From NCBI GenBank assembly GCA_965263035.1, contig OZ253580.1, positions 3,552,001 through 3,616,000 of the forward strand: 64,000 nucleotides of DNA, given 5' to 3'. The stretch is from Acidobacteriota bacterium. Lineage in GTDB: Bacteria > Acidobacteriota > UBA6911 > RPQK01 > JAJDTT01. The notes beneath the pieces are model-generated. The model searched no databases and had not been told where the DNA came from. It saw only the letters and a list, made by a program, of their open reading frames with translations. Made by a program: the position numbers and the translations under genes. Below are positions 38,648 to 48,677 of the stretch, piece by piece (the first letter of the stretch is position 1; each line of letters begins with the position of its first letter).

Positions 38648-40594
38648 TCACTCCCGCCCATCCCACGGAAAGGCATATCGAGGCGCCGAAGCGAATCGAT
38701 CGAGTCCGATCTTGAGAGTGATGCCCGTTCCAGGTTCGAGGTCGACTCCGAAATACGTTCCGTTGACCTGCGCCGTTCGACTTTCGGTCTCGTCGGCGTC
38801 TGGCGGATTGGAGCCCGGCACCCATGCCGATGCCGCCGCTTGGTACGACACGCCCCGGATTCGATGCTCGCCGTACGACCCTCCCTGGACGATCAGCCTC
38901 CGCTTTTCGAACAGGTTCGTGTTGACGAGTTCGACTGTCACCGAGTCGGAGGCAACCCCGGTGGCCAGCGCCGCGACGCCTTGCGGCAGCCCGGCCTGGC
39001 GCTTGTCGAGGTCGAAGTAACGGACGTACGAATGCAGCATCTCTCCGCGCTTGTGGACCGGAAGTCCTGCAATTGTGAGCCGCACCAGGTTGTCCGTCGG
39101 CATGGGCTCGAGTGCGAGCCAGTGCGCGTCATACCAGGTTTCGGGGTCTCCGTGCTCATTGAGGATTCTCGCAAGCCTGTGCTGGACGAATTTCAGGTCC
39201 CGGCGGAACGCGTCGACCGGAAACTGCGGATTGTTTCCCTGAACGAAGTACGCCCACCCCAGGTCGGGGTCGCTGAGCTCGCCCCGCCCCTTTTCGAGCT
39301 CGGCGAGGCGTTCGACTTGATCCCAGTCCCGCTCGGACTGCGACATGTGCCAAAGCTGTACGTACGGGGATGGCGGCTCCTGCGTGAAGTGGTGCCATTT
39401 GCGGCGGCTGTCGTACCGGATGGGCACCATGGAGACGCCGTCCCGGACCTCCCCGCGTCTTCTCATCACCCATGCTTGGCTCCGGGGCAGGTCCAGCCAG
39501 CGCTGCTCACCTGTCATCAGGAGAGCCACCTTGGATGCGGTCAGGGTGGCCAGCACGATGTCCGTGCCGCCTCGTGGCCATTTCCAGCCATAGTACCCGC
39601 CCCACCATTGGCCTCCGGTGTACTCGCCGATCTTCCCGCTGAGTCCGACGTTGTCAGGAGTGATCCCGTCGTTCAATTGCGTGAGCTCGATCCATTTGCC
39701 CAGGTAGTCGACGATCCACTGGCGGTACTTCTCGTCCGCCGTGTAGAGGAATGCGTTCGCGATCAAGGGTGCGGCGGTGAGATTGATGGGGACGTCGCCC
39801 CGTGCCATGCGATCGCTCATGGTCTGCACGATCCGCCGGAACTGGTCGTCCCCGGGACCATCGTTGATCCATCCTGTGGGGGAGCTCACTCCCGGGATGT
39901 CGTCGAAGGGCAGGTGGTAATAGACGAGATTCGCGTTCGTCGGAATCCAGTCGCGCTTCGTCCATTGCAGCTTCGGACCGCGGCTGCCCGTCATCGAGGC
40001 CCGCATCAGCCTTTGTTCAGTGTCGTAGTTGGGCGCCTCGGGGTCCTCGCCGGTGTACATCGCCGCGAAGCGGATCGACCGGTCCCGAAAGGCTCTGTCA
40101 TGCGGGTCCGCCATCCCCAAGGGGTAGAACGACACGTAGCCCTCCCCGTGGTGCATCCAGTCCCAGTTGCCGTCGAATTCGCGGTAGATCTGGCCGTACC
40201 GTGTGAACTGCCGTGTGATGCCTTCCCAGACCCGGCGGTGGAGGATATCCAGCTCCTTCGAGCCTCCGAGCACGTGGTGGAGAGAGAAGCCGCGGAACCC
40301 CTCGTATGCATCGTCGGACGAGTTCATTCCACCCTCGTACCGTTCCTTCCACCGCAATCTGCCGTCGGGGAGTGTGTAGGCCTTGACGAACTCGGCCCCG
40401 GCGCGATCCAGCGTTTCGATCAGGTGGCGCTGCAAGACAGCCCATGCGGGGGCCGGACGTGGAACGTCGGCGCGGATGACGCGAATTCCCGAAAGGGGCT
40501 CGCCTTGGGGAGCGGCGGCGAACGCACCCGATGCGAGCACGGCAAACTGCATGGCCGCGGCAGCCTGGAGCAGGAAGCGTCGCCGACTCGTCAT
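38648..40594 (-). CDS. Tat-exported uncharacterised protein (paralogue of 58355-60193)
   Basis: MTSRRRFLL Tat signal; many motifs shared with 58355-60193. Confidence 0.8.
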   Translation of the reverse strand: MTSRRRFLLQAAAAMQFAVLASGAFAAAPQGEPLSGIRVIRADVPRPAPAWAVLQRHLIETLDRAGAEFVKAYTLPDGRLRWKERYEGGMNSSDDAYEGFRGFSLHHVLGGSKELDILHRRVWEGITRQFTRYGQIYREFDGNWDWMHHGEGYVSFYPLGMADPHDRAFRDRSIRFAAMYTGEDPEAPNYDTEQRLMRASMTGSRGPKLQWTKRDWIPTNANLVYYHLPFDDIPGVSSPTGWINDGPGDDQFRRIVQTMSDRMARGDVPINLTAAPLIANAFLYTADEKYRQWIVDYLGKWIELTQLNDGITPDNVGLSGKIGEYTGGQWWGGYYGWKWPRGGTDIVLATLTASKVALLMTGEQRWLDLPRSQAWVMRRRGEVRDGVSMVPIRYDSRRKWHHFTQEPPSPYVQLWHMSQSERDWDQVERLAELEKGRGELSDPDLGWAYFVQGNNPQFPVDAFRRDLKFVQHRLARILNEHGDPETWYDAHWLALEPMPTDNLVRLTIAGLPVHKRGEMLHSYVRYFDLDKRQAGLPQGVAALATGVASDSVTVELVNTNLFEKRRLIVQGGSYGEHRIRGVSYQAAASAWVPGSNPPDADETESRTAQVNGTYFGVDLEPGTGITLKIGLDRFASAPRYAFPWDGRE

Positions 40595-40832
40595 AGCGGG
40601 AATCGACAGTCGAACTACCACTTTTGCAATTCCTTTTCCGGGTTCAGGCCAGTAGCAAGCGGAGCATCGCCCCACTTCGCGACCATGCGGATGCCGTTTG
40701 TGGCACCTTCCGTTCCATACCCGGCTCTTCAGGATAGATCTACTTTGAATTCGGTAGGGCAAGGGCGCTGTGCACCCGCTGCAGAGCCGGTTCTTGCGGA
40801 CTGGGCAGAGCCCTTGGCCAGTCCGGTTTAAC

Positions 40833-42095
40833 TCAGCTTCTCCAGAATTGCGACTTCCTAGACGCTTGGTAGCTCACCGACAGGTGGGGGGTCTCGAGCC
40901 TCTTACCGCCTTGGGACAGTGACTGACATCCAGCCTCGACCAGGCCGGTGGTCAGCAGCGTCCGTTCCACCGGATAGGGAGCTTTTCCCGTCAGCACCAT
41001 CTCCTCCACCTTGGACATCAGGGCCGCTGAATAAACGACGTTGGGGCTCGGGGGAAGGTAGACCAGGGTAGAGAGAGGAGCCGCGCGGTCCGTGAGCCGG
41101 GCGGCGAAGGTGAAGTCTCCGACCAGGCCGTTCAAGAGCAGCATGGTGGCCTTCAATCCATCGTTGTACCGGAAACGATAAACGACCGGTTCCTCCACCC
41201 ATTGCCGGATCTGCTCAGAGGTGGGATACCGGTGGTTCACGTCTTCCGCCTGAGCGAGCGTGTGGCTGCGGGAGAGGCACGAGTGGAACAGTTGCGGGTC
41301 CCAGCCTCCGCCGTCAGAGGAGCCTTTTCCCATGGCGTCCCAGACCCGATCGCCCCGCAGTCCCTGAAGCCAGGCGACTCCGGTTTCACCGCCCCGGCGG
41401 CGTTCGGCCATGCACTGGATCGTTTCCAGGGCATGGAAGTCGTAGCTGTCCACCCCGCCCATGGCCACGCACATCACCTCCTCGACCTCGGCGCCATAGG
41501 GCATGTCTATGTCCGGCATTCTCCAGGTGACGGGCAAAGATGAGCCGGCCAGAAACGGGAAACCCATCGATCGTGCCGTGTCGACCATCTCCTTGGCCCA
41601 AGCCCATTTCCACGAAAGATGTTTGTCGTTGAAGACGGGCACCGTTCGCCCGTCCTGCTTGAAGACTTCTAAGATCTCCTTGAAGAATTCGTAGCGGGGA
41701 TAGAGCGTTTGGCCCAGGTCGTTGACCGGGTATTTTCCGTGTTCGCCGATCAAGAGAACGACGTCGACGGCCAGTTTGTCGCCGCCGCAGCGTAGAGCCT
41801 CTGCGATGGTGGGATAGATGCGGAACCCGAACTCCCGGGCCCGGGAACGGCTCAGGTCATTCTCCGGTTTCTGGTCCACATAGGCCGAAACCAGTTCAAT
41901 CGGAGACCGGTGCCACCGTCCCTCCATGGGGTGTCCCGCCAGGAATCGCTCCCCCATGTGCCAGGCATGGGACCGGAAGCGCCATTCGGTGGTCACGAGG
42001 GCCAGACGCTTGGCTTGCCTCGGGTTGGTCCAAAGCAGAGGCGTGGCCGCCAGGCTGCTCCCAAGGGCTCCGATGAAGGTGCGGCGCTGGATCAT
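40833..42095 (-). CDS. Tat-exported Gfo/Idh/MocA-like protein, copy B
   Basis: RRTFI Tat signal. PVFNDKHLS resembles the Gfo EKP region (inference). Colinear 420-aa paralogue of 43405-44667. Confidence 0.75.
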   Translation of the reverse strand: MIQRRTFIGALGSSLAATPLLWTNPRQAKRLALVTTEWRFRSHAWHMGERFLAGHPMEGRWHRSPIELVSAYVDQKPENDLSRSRAREFGFRIYPTIAEALRCGGDKLAVDVVLLIGEHGKYPVNDLGQTLYPRYEFFKEILEVFKQDGRTVPVFNDKHLSWKWAWAKEMVDTARSMGFPFLAGSSLPVTWRMPDIDMPYGAEVEEVMCVAMGGVDSYDFHALETIQCMAERRRGGETGVAWLQGLRGDRVWDAMGKGSSDGGGWDPQLFHSCLSRSHTLAQAEDVNHRYPTSEQIRQWVEEPVVYRFRYNDGLKATMLLLNGLVGDFTFAARLTDRAAPLSTLVYLPPSPNVVYSAALMSKVEEMVLTGKAPYPVERTLLTTGLVEAGCQSLSQGGKRLETPHLSVSYQASRKSQFWRS

Positions 42096-42206
42096 CGTCG
42101 GATCTCCGTCAGGTCAATTGTGAATTCATTTCTCGCACGGCGGCTGCGGGCCGGCTGAACTTCCATCCCGCTCTCAGGGGAACGGCGGCAACCCCAGGAT
42201 CCGCTC

Positions 42207-42998
42207 GGCGGAGACTCGCTACAGGGAAGATATCACCTGCTGCGCCTGCACCCATTGTCAGTCGCCGAACTGGGCCTCGAGTCTGCGCATGACTTCGCAC
42301 AATTGTTGAAGCTGGGCGGATTTCCCGAACCGTTCTTTTCGGGTTCCGAGGTTCAGGCGCGGCGCTGGTCGCGCGGATATCGGAATCTGCTAATTCGCGA
42401 AGAGATCAGGGAACTGGAACGGATCCAGGATCTGGGAAACCTGGAGTTGCTGGTAATGGGCCTGCCGGAGCTGGTCGGATCATTGCTGTCACTCAACGCG
42501 CTCCGGGAAGATCTGCAGGTGAGCCACAAGGCGATCAGCAATTGGGTGGCCGCATTGGAACGACTCTACGCACTGTTTCGAATCTCCCCGTTCGGCAGCC
42601 CCAAGATCAGGGCGATCAAGAAGGCGCAGAAGCACTATCATTTCGATTGGTCGCTGGTTCCCCAGCGCGGTCCGCGGCTCGAAAACCTGATCGCCGGGCA
42701 TCTGTTGAAGTGGGTCCACTATCGGCAGGACGCCGAGGGGCTTGATCTCGACCTCCAGTTCTTCCGCGATACAGATGGACGCGAGGTGGACTTCGTTGTC
42801 ACCGACCGCAGGCAGCCTGTATTGGCGGTCGAATGCAAGTGGTCCCAGTCGAGGCCGGACCGGAGCCTTCGCTACTGGAAAAAACGGTTCCCGGAATGCG
42901 AGAGCTGGATGGTGACAGCCCGCGAGGGGCGGGAATTCGTAACGGCGGACGGGATTCGAGTGTGCCATGCACTCAGGTTTCTCAGTCGTCTCATCTGA
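42207..42998 (+). pseudogene. 5'-truncated AAA_14/DUF4143-type ATPase
   Basis: Similarity starts abruptly at GGDSLQGRYHLLRLHPLS, then GGFPEP, KHYHFD and REVDFVV..VECK. No Walker A/B and no proper start. Confidence 0.75.
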
Positions 42999-43048
42999 TC
43001 GGCGAGTTTGGGGAGGGGGATTGAAAGGCGCCGGCCAAGTGCCGGGAT

Positions 43049-43213
43049 TCAGAGGAATTCGCAGGCAAGATAGATGATGGCCAAGACCGCGCCCTGAATC
43101 CATATGGCCCGGACAAAATCGCGCCTGAACTTGACTATGTCTGCGCGGAGCGCCTGAAATCCAGTGGATTCAAGGTTCTGCTTGACGGTGTCTGAATCGA
43201 ATGCAGGACTCAT
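43049..43213 (-). CDS. 54-aa microprotein, short paralogue of 44743-45060
   Basis: Hand translation: MSPAFDSDTVKQNLESTGFQALRADIVKFRRDFVRAIWIQGAVLAIIYLACEFL. RBS AGAGAGG; below the ORF-track cutoff. Confidence 0.7.
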   Translation of the reverse strand: MSPAFDSDTVKQNLESTGFQALRADIVKFRRDFVRAIWIQGAVLAIIYLACEFL

Positions 43214-43228
43214 CGGCGCCTCTCTGGG

Positions 43229-43257
43229 ATCTTCGCTGAACTGTCCTCCGACTTCAA
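43229..43257 (-). promoter_or_regulatory. putative promoter, duplicate copy
   Basis: TTGAAG-N17-GAAGAT, aligned with 45076-45104. Confidence 0.4.
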
Positions 43258-43404
43258 CACCCTCAACCGGAGTTCGCCCAAAAGGTGAGGCGGATTCTCC
43301 TCAGGGGGTCGACAATGGGAGGTTGACAGTCCGTGGTAAGAGTCCCACGTAGCACCGAAAGGGGCGGTGCCCGCAGCGTCGGCCGCTACGATTTTCGTCG
43401 CATC

Positions 43405-44667
43405 TCAACTCCGACAGAATTGAGACTTTCTCGGTGCCTGGTAGCTCACCGACAAGTGGGGTGTCTCAAGGGTCTTCCCGCCTTGGGCGAGTGACCGTAC
43501 CCCGGCCTCGACCAAACCGGTGGTCAGCAGGGTCCGTTCCGCCGGATAGGGGGCTGCCCCGGTCAGAACCATCTCCTCCACCTTGGACATCAGGGCTGCG
43601 AAATGAACCACGTTGGGCACCGGCGACAGGTAGAACAGTGTGGAGAGAGGCTCTGAGCGATCCTTGAGGCGCGCGGCAAATGTGAAGTCTTCAACCAGGC
43701 CGTTCAGTAGGAGCATCGTCCCCTTCAATCCATCGTTGTATTGGAACCGGTATGCGACCGGTTCTTTCACCCACTGCCGGATCTGCTCCGGAGTGGGGTA
43801 TCGGTGATTCATGTTTTCCGGCTGAGTAAGCTTGTGGCTTCGGCAGAGGCACGAACGGAACAGTTGCGGGTCCCAGCCCCCGCGGTCGAAGGAACCTTTT
43901 CCCATGGCATTCCAGACCGGATCGCCCCGTAACGCCTGGAGCCAGGCGACTCCGGTTTCCCCTCCCCGGCGGCGCTCGGCCATGCACTGAATCGTCTCCA
44001 GGGCGTGGATGTCGTAGCTGTCCACGCCGCCCGAGGCCACGCACATCACTTCCTCGACCTCGGCGCCATAGGGCATGTCGATGTCCGGCATTCTCCAGGT
44101 GACGGGCAAAGATGAGCCGGCCAGAAACGGAAACCCCATGGATCGGGCCGTGTCGACCATCTCCTTGGCCCAATCCCATCTCCAGGAAAGATGTTTGTCA
44201 TTGAAGACGGGCACCGTACGCCCATCCTGCTTGAAGACTTCGACGACCTCCTTGAAGAACTCGTAGCGGGGGTAGAGCTTCTGGCCCAGATCGTTGACCG
44301 GGTATCGACCGTGTTCGCCGATCACGAGGACCACGTCGACGGCCAATTTGTCCCCGCCGCAGCGAAGCGTCTCGGCGATTGTGGGATAGATGGGAAACCC
44401 GAACTCTCGTGCGCGGTCGCGGCTCAGGTCATTCTCCGGTTTCTGGTCGACGTAGGCTGATACGAGCCTGATGGGGGACTGGTGCCAACGCCCCTCCACG
44501 GGATAACCTGCAAGAAACCGTTGACCCGTGTGCCAGGCATGAGAATAGAGACGCCATTCGGTGGCCACCACGGCCAGCCGCTTCGGTTTTGCGTGGCCTT
44601 TTCCAAGGAGAGGAGCGGTCGCCAAGCTGCCCCCGAGGGCGCCGATGAAGGTGCGTCGGTGGATCAT
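43405..44667 (-). CDS. Tat-exported Gfo/Idh/MocA-like protein, copy A
   Basis: RRTFI Tat signal; 420 aa, long identical blocks shared with 40833-42095. Confidence 0.75.
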   Translation of the reverse strand: MIHRRTFIGALGGSLATAPLLGKGHAKPKRLAVVATEWRLYSHAWHTGQRFLAGYPVEGRWHQSPIRLVSAYVDQKPENDLSRDRAREFGFPIYPTIAETLRCGGDKLAVDVVLVIGEHGRYPVNDLGQKLYPRYEFFKEVVEVFKQDGRTVPVFNDKHLSWRWDWAKEMVDTARSMGFPFLAGSSLPVTWRMPDIDMPYGAEVEEVMCVASGGVDSYDIHALETIQCMAERRRGGETGVAWLQALRGDPVWNAMGKGSFDRGGWDPQLFRSCLCRSHKLTQPENMNHRYPTPEQIRQWVKEPVAYRFQYNDGLKGTMLLLNGLVEDFTFAARLKDRSEPLSTLFYLSPVPNVVHFAALMSKVEEMVLTGAAPYPAERTLLTTGLVEAGVRSLAQGGKTLETPHLSVSYQAPRKSQFCRS

Positions 44668-44742
44668 CAGAGATCTCCTTCAGTTCAATCCTGATTCGTT
44701 CCTTGAGCGGCGTGGCCCAAGTGTGGCCCGAAGGCCGGTCTG

Positions 44743-45060
44743 TCAGAAGAGTTTGGAAGCGAGGATAATGCCGGCCAGTCCGGCCCCTTGTACCCATAGA
44801 GCCCGGTAGATTTCGCCCCTGAGCTTGCCCATATCGGCGCGCAAGTTCGCTTCCACGGCAGACAGCTCGGAACGCAACCCCGCCGTATTGGCCTCCAGGT
44901 CGGAGCGCAACGCTGCCAAATTCGTGTCGAGGTCCTGTTTCGTGGCGGCGGTGTCCCGACTCTCCTGAATGGCGACAACGATCGCCTCGGCCTGTTTGGT
45001 TGCAATTCCAGCGGCTTCGAGCCTGCGGGCGGTGGCCAAGGAGTCGAATGGGGCGCTCAT
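44743..45060 (-). CDS. DUF1640/CCDC90-like coiled-coil protein with C-terminal membrane anchor
   Basis: FDSLATARRLEAAG....QAEAI, ATKQDL, LRSDL/LRSEL/LRADM coiled-coil repeats, C-terminal TM; RBS GGAGA. Confidence 0.8.
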   Translation of the reverse strand: MSAPFDSLATARRLEAAGIATKQAEAIVVAIQESRDTAATKQDLDTNLAALRSDLEANTAGLRSELSAVEANLRADMGKLRGEIYRALWVQGAGLAGIILASKLF

Positions 45061-45075
45061 CCGTGTATCTCCCAA

Positions 45076-45104
45076 ATCATGGCTGAATGGATGATTGACT
45101 TCAA
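45076..45104 (-). promoter_or_regulatory. putative sigma70 promoter
   Basis: TTGAAG-N17-CATGAT upstream of the coiled-coil gene; spacing conserved in the duplicate. Confidence 0.5.
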
Positions 45105-45446
45105 TATACATAACGAGTCCGGTGGTGTTTCCATGGACGACAATCCAAGGTCTCGTGCAGGTAAGCGAGACTGTGCAATGCCCGGGAGGATCCGGCTCGC
45201 CCGAAACGAGTGTGCCGACTCGGTCTGATTCCGGCGCCGCTCCCGCAGGTACCGGGCCATTCCCGGGTTGTGGACTCGATACCCTCGACCCTCTACCATT
45301 ACTGCCCGTGCCAGGAGTCCACGTGGCATCCGGCCCGCGCTGAAACGCGCTCGAAAGGGGGGAGGATCGACCGCAAGATTCGCCGCCGGGTCTGCCCCGT
45401 CGAGGGACTTTGGCCGCTGATCGATATCGCCGACAAGGAGAACTTC

Positions 45447-48400
45447 ATGCCAGGAAATTCGTGGACCGAGGAGTCGTTTTCGGGCCTCAGGTGGCGTCTG
45501 GCGGGACCGTTTCGCGGGGGGCGGGTGGTGGCGGTGGCCGGTCATCCCACCGACCCCATGGTCTTCTACTTCGGCGCCGTGGCGGGCGGTGTCTGGAAGA
45601 CGGAAGACGGCGGCACCTATTGGGAGAACATCTCCGACGGCTTCTTCAACACCTCGTCCATCGGCGCCCTGGCCATCTCCCCGTCCGATCCCAACGTGAT
45701 CTACGCCGGAACGGGAGAAACCACCATCCGCACCGACGTCTCCTACGGCGACGGAGTGTACGGCTCCACCGACGGAGGAAAGACCTGGGCGCACCTGGGA
45801 CTCGAGGAGACTCGTCACATCGGAGAGATCCGAATCCATCCCCAGGACCCGGATCTGGTCTATGTCGCCGCCTTGGGCCATGCCTTCGGTCCCAATCCTG
45901 AGCGAGGCGTCTATCGCAGCCGGGACGGAGGCGCCAATTGGGAGCACGTGCTGTTTCACAGTCCCCATGCCGGGGCCGTGGATCTGGCTATGGACCCGAC
46001 CAATCCCAGGATCCTCTTCGCCAGCGTCTGGCAGGCCCACCGCCACTTCTGGGAACTCTCCAGCGGCGGTCCCCACAGCACCCTCTACCGGTCCACCGAC
46101 GGCGGGGATACGTGGACCGACATCGGCCGAAACCAGGGACTGCCGAAGGGCATTCTGGGAAAAATGGGGATCACCGTCAGCCCGCCTCGACCCCGGCGGG
46201 TGTGGGCCGTCATCGAGGCCGAGAAGGGCGGCGTCTACCGCTCCGACGACGGCGGGGAGACCTGGGAGCGGCTGAACAGCTCTCGGGACCTGTTGAACCG
46301 TCCCTGGTACTACTGCCACATCTTCGCGGACCCGCAGGATCCGGAGACGGTCTGGGTCACGAACCTCAGCACCTGGAAGTCGACCGACGGAGGACGCAAC
46401 TTCTCCCGGATTTCCACGCCCCACGGGGACGACCACGACATGTGGTTCGATCCCGCCGATTCTCAGCGCATGATCCAGGGAAACGATGGGGGCGCCTGCG
46501 TCAGTTTCAACGGCGGGGAGACCTGGTCCACCATCTACAACCAGCCCACGGCCCAGATCTACCGTATCGATCTGGACAACCGGTTCCCCTACCGGATCTA
46601 CGGGACCCAGCAGGACAACTCCAGCATCGCGGTTCCCAGCGCCACCGAATACGGCGCCATTCCATGGGGAATGTGTTATGCAGCCGGCACGGGAGAAAGT
46701 GGATACATCGCGGTGCATCCGGAGGATCCCGATATCGTCTATGTGGGTGCCGTGGGCAGTTCCCCCGGCGGGGGAGCGCCGTTGCAGCGCTACGATCGGA
46801 AGACGCGCCAGATCCGCTTGGTGACGGTCTGGCCCGATGTGGCTTCCGGCCGGCCTCCGGCGGATCTGAAATACCGGTTCAACTGGACTTTCCCCATCCT
46901 GTTCTCTCCCCACGATCCCGGTCTGCTCTATGCCGCCGGCAATCGGGTCTTCTGCAGCCGGGACGAGGGAAGCAGTTGGCAGCTCATGAGCCCCGACTTG
47001 AGCCGGCGGGACCGGTCCAAGCTGGCCGCTTCCGGCGGTCCCGTCACCAAGGACGTCAGCGGCGCCGAGGTCTACGCCAACGTCTCCACCCTGGTCGAGT
47101 CTCCACTCAACCCGGGACTGCTCTGGGCCGGGACCGACGACGGCCTGGTCCATATCACTCGGAACGGCGGCGAGAGCTGGAGGGAGATCACCCCGCCCGA
47201 CGTTCCCGAGTGGTCCCTCATCTCCAGAGTGTCCGCGTCACCTCATGATCCGGCCACCGCCTACGTAGCCGCGACCCGCTACAAACTGGACGACTACGAT
47301 CCCTACCTCTACGTGACCCGGGACTACGGTGAGACCTGGGAGGATCTGGGCCGAGACTTGCCGAGGGGAGAGATCACGCGGGTGATCCGGGAGGACCCGG
47401 TTCGGAAGGGTCTGCTCTACGTCGGAACCGAGACCGCTGTTTTCGTCTCCCTGGATGAGGGGGAGTCCTGGTTCCGCCTTCGGAACAACCTGCCGGTGAC
47501 TCCAATCTACGATCTGGCGGTCAAGGACGGGGATCTGGTGGCAGCCACTCACGGGCGATCCATCTGGATCCTGGATGACGTGACGCCCCTGCGGCAGGCG
47601 GCCGCCGGTGAGAGGGAAGGACCGGCGGTTCTTTTTCCACCGCGGCCGACGATACGGATGTGGCTCCAGTGGGGGGCCGCCGGGGGCGACCGGCCGGGCA
47701 AGAACTACATGTTGGAACTGGGTAGGGAAGGCACCTATCGCCAGGATCCCACCGAGGAGAACGAACCCCGTCTTCAAGGTCTGGACGTGGGGGAGAATCC
47801 GCCACGGGGCGTCATCGTCTACTACTACCTGGGCGAGGTTCCGTCCCAGGATCTGTGCCTGGCCTTCCTGGACCGGGAGGGAAACGAGATCAGGAGCTTC
47901 AGCCGTAAGAAGGACGAAGCGGATGATCCGGCCAAGGACGGCACCGACGATTCTTCCAGGAAAGAGCGGTACCTGACGGCCCATGCCGGGGTCAACCGTT
48001 TCGTCTGGGATCTGTGCTATCCGGAGGCGGAGAAGTTCGCCGGTGACGTGACCACCAAGGGTTCCGATACGTCGCCTCTGGCGCCGCCGGGAGACTACCG
48101 GGCCGTCTTGAAGCTGGGGGACCGGAGTTGGGCGCAGGATTTCCGGCTCACCAAGGATCCCAGGTCGCCCGCCACGCAGGAGGACCTGGAGGCGCAGTTC
48201 CAGGCCTTGGTCCGGATCCGGGACAAGGTGACCGAAACCCACCGTGGGCTCGATCGGATCGCTCGGATTCGGGAACAGGTGAAACGGTGGGTCAAACGGC
48301 TCCAGGAGGCCGGACGGGAAGAGGCGGCTCGGGAGGCTTCGAGCCAGGCGGATGAACTGGACCGGAGGCTGGATGGGCTCGAAGGCCGCTTGGTGACCTT

Positions 48401-48641
48401 CGAGGCCGAGGGAGACTTCGACTGGATTCGGATTCCGGCGGGTCTCAACTACCGGCTCATCTCCTTGATGAGCGTCGTCTCCTCCGCCGATGCGGCTCCG
48501 ACGCAACAGGCCCTGGACGTCTTCGAGGACCTCTCCGCCCAAGTGGATGAATCCTTGCGAGAATTGGACACGCTGGTGGATCGCGAGGTGGCCGCTTTCA
48601 ATCGTCTGGTGGCGGAAACCGGAATTCCGCCCGTGGGGTGA
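45447..48641 (+). CDS. VPS10/BNR-repeat glycosyl hydrolase-like protein
   Basis: WRLAGPFRGGRVVAVAG, many SxDGGxTW Asp-boxes, helical C-terminus. RBS AAGGAG before ATG 45447; no signal peptide evident. Confidence 0.85.
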   Translation: MPGNSWTEESFSGLRWRLAGPFRGGRVVAVAGHPTDPMVFYFGAVAGGVWKTEDGGTYWENISDGFFNTSSIGALAISPSDPNVIYAGTGETTIRTDVSYGDGVYGSTDGGKTWAHLGLEETRHIGEIRIHPQDPDLVYVAALGHAFGPNPERGVYRSRDGGANWEHVLFHSPHAGAVDLAMDPTNPRILFASVWQAHRHFWELSSGGPHSTLYRSTDGGDTWTDIGRNQGLPKGILGKMGITVSPPRPRRVWAVIEAEKGGVYRSDDGGETWERLNSSRDLLNRPWYYCHIFADPQDPETVWVTNLSTWKSTDGGRNFSRISTPHGDDHDMWFDPADSQRMIQGNDGGACVSFNGGETWSTIYNQPTAQIYRIDLDNRFPYRIYGTQQDNSSIAVPSATEYGAIPWGMCYAAGTGESGYIAVHPEDPDIVYVGAVGSSPGGGAPLQRYDRKTRQIRLVTVWPDVASGRPPADLKYRFNWTFPILFSPHDPGLLYAAGNRVFCSRDEGSSWQLMSPDLSRRDRSKLAASGGPVTKDVSGAEVYANVSTLVESPLNPGLLWAGTDDGLVHITRNGGESWREITPPDVPEWSLISRVSASPHDPATAYVAATRYKLDDYDPYLYVTRDYGETWEDLGRDLPRGEITRVIREDPVRKGLLYVGTETAVFVSLDEGESWFRLRNNLPVTPIYDLAVKDGDLVAATHGRSIWILDDVTPLRQAAAGEREGPAVLFPPRPTIRMWLQWGAAGGDRPGKNYMLELGREGTYRQDPTEENEPRLQGLDVGENPPRGVIVYYYLGEVPSQDLCLAFLDREGNEIRSFSRKKDEADDPAKDGTDDSSRKERYLTAHAGVNRFVWDLCYPEAEKFAGDVTTKGSDTSPLAPPGDYRAVLKLGDRSWAQDFRLTKDPRSPATQEDLEAQFQALVRIRDKVTETHRGLDRIARIREQVKRWVKRLQEAGREEAAREASSQADELDRRLDGLEGRLVTFEAEGDFDWIRIPAGLNYRLISLMSVVSSADAAPTQQALDVFEDLSAQVDESLRELDTLVDREVAAFNRLVAETGIPPVG

Positions 48642-48677
48642 CTTCCGGGTCGCCGGGATCGCCGGCCGGGCCAGCCG

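Noticed and set aside
32517-45200. Prophage or integrative element
   Set aside because: Despite the MITEs, TA remnant and DUF1640-like genes, there is no integrase, tRNA att site, or structural or replication gene. It is better described as a plastic region.
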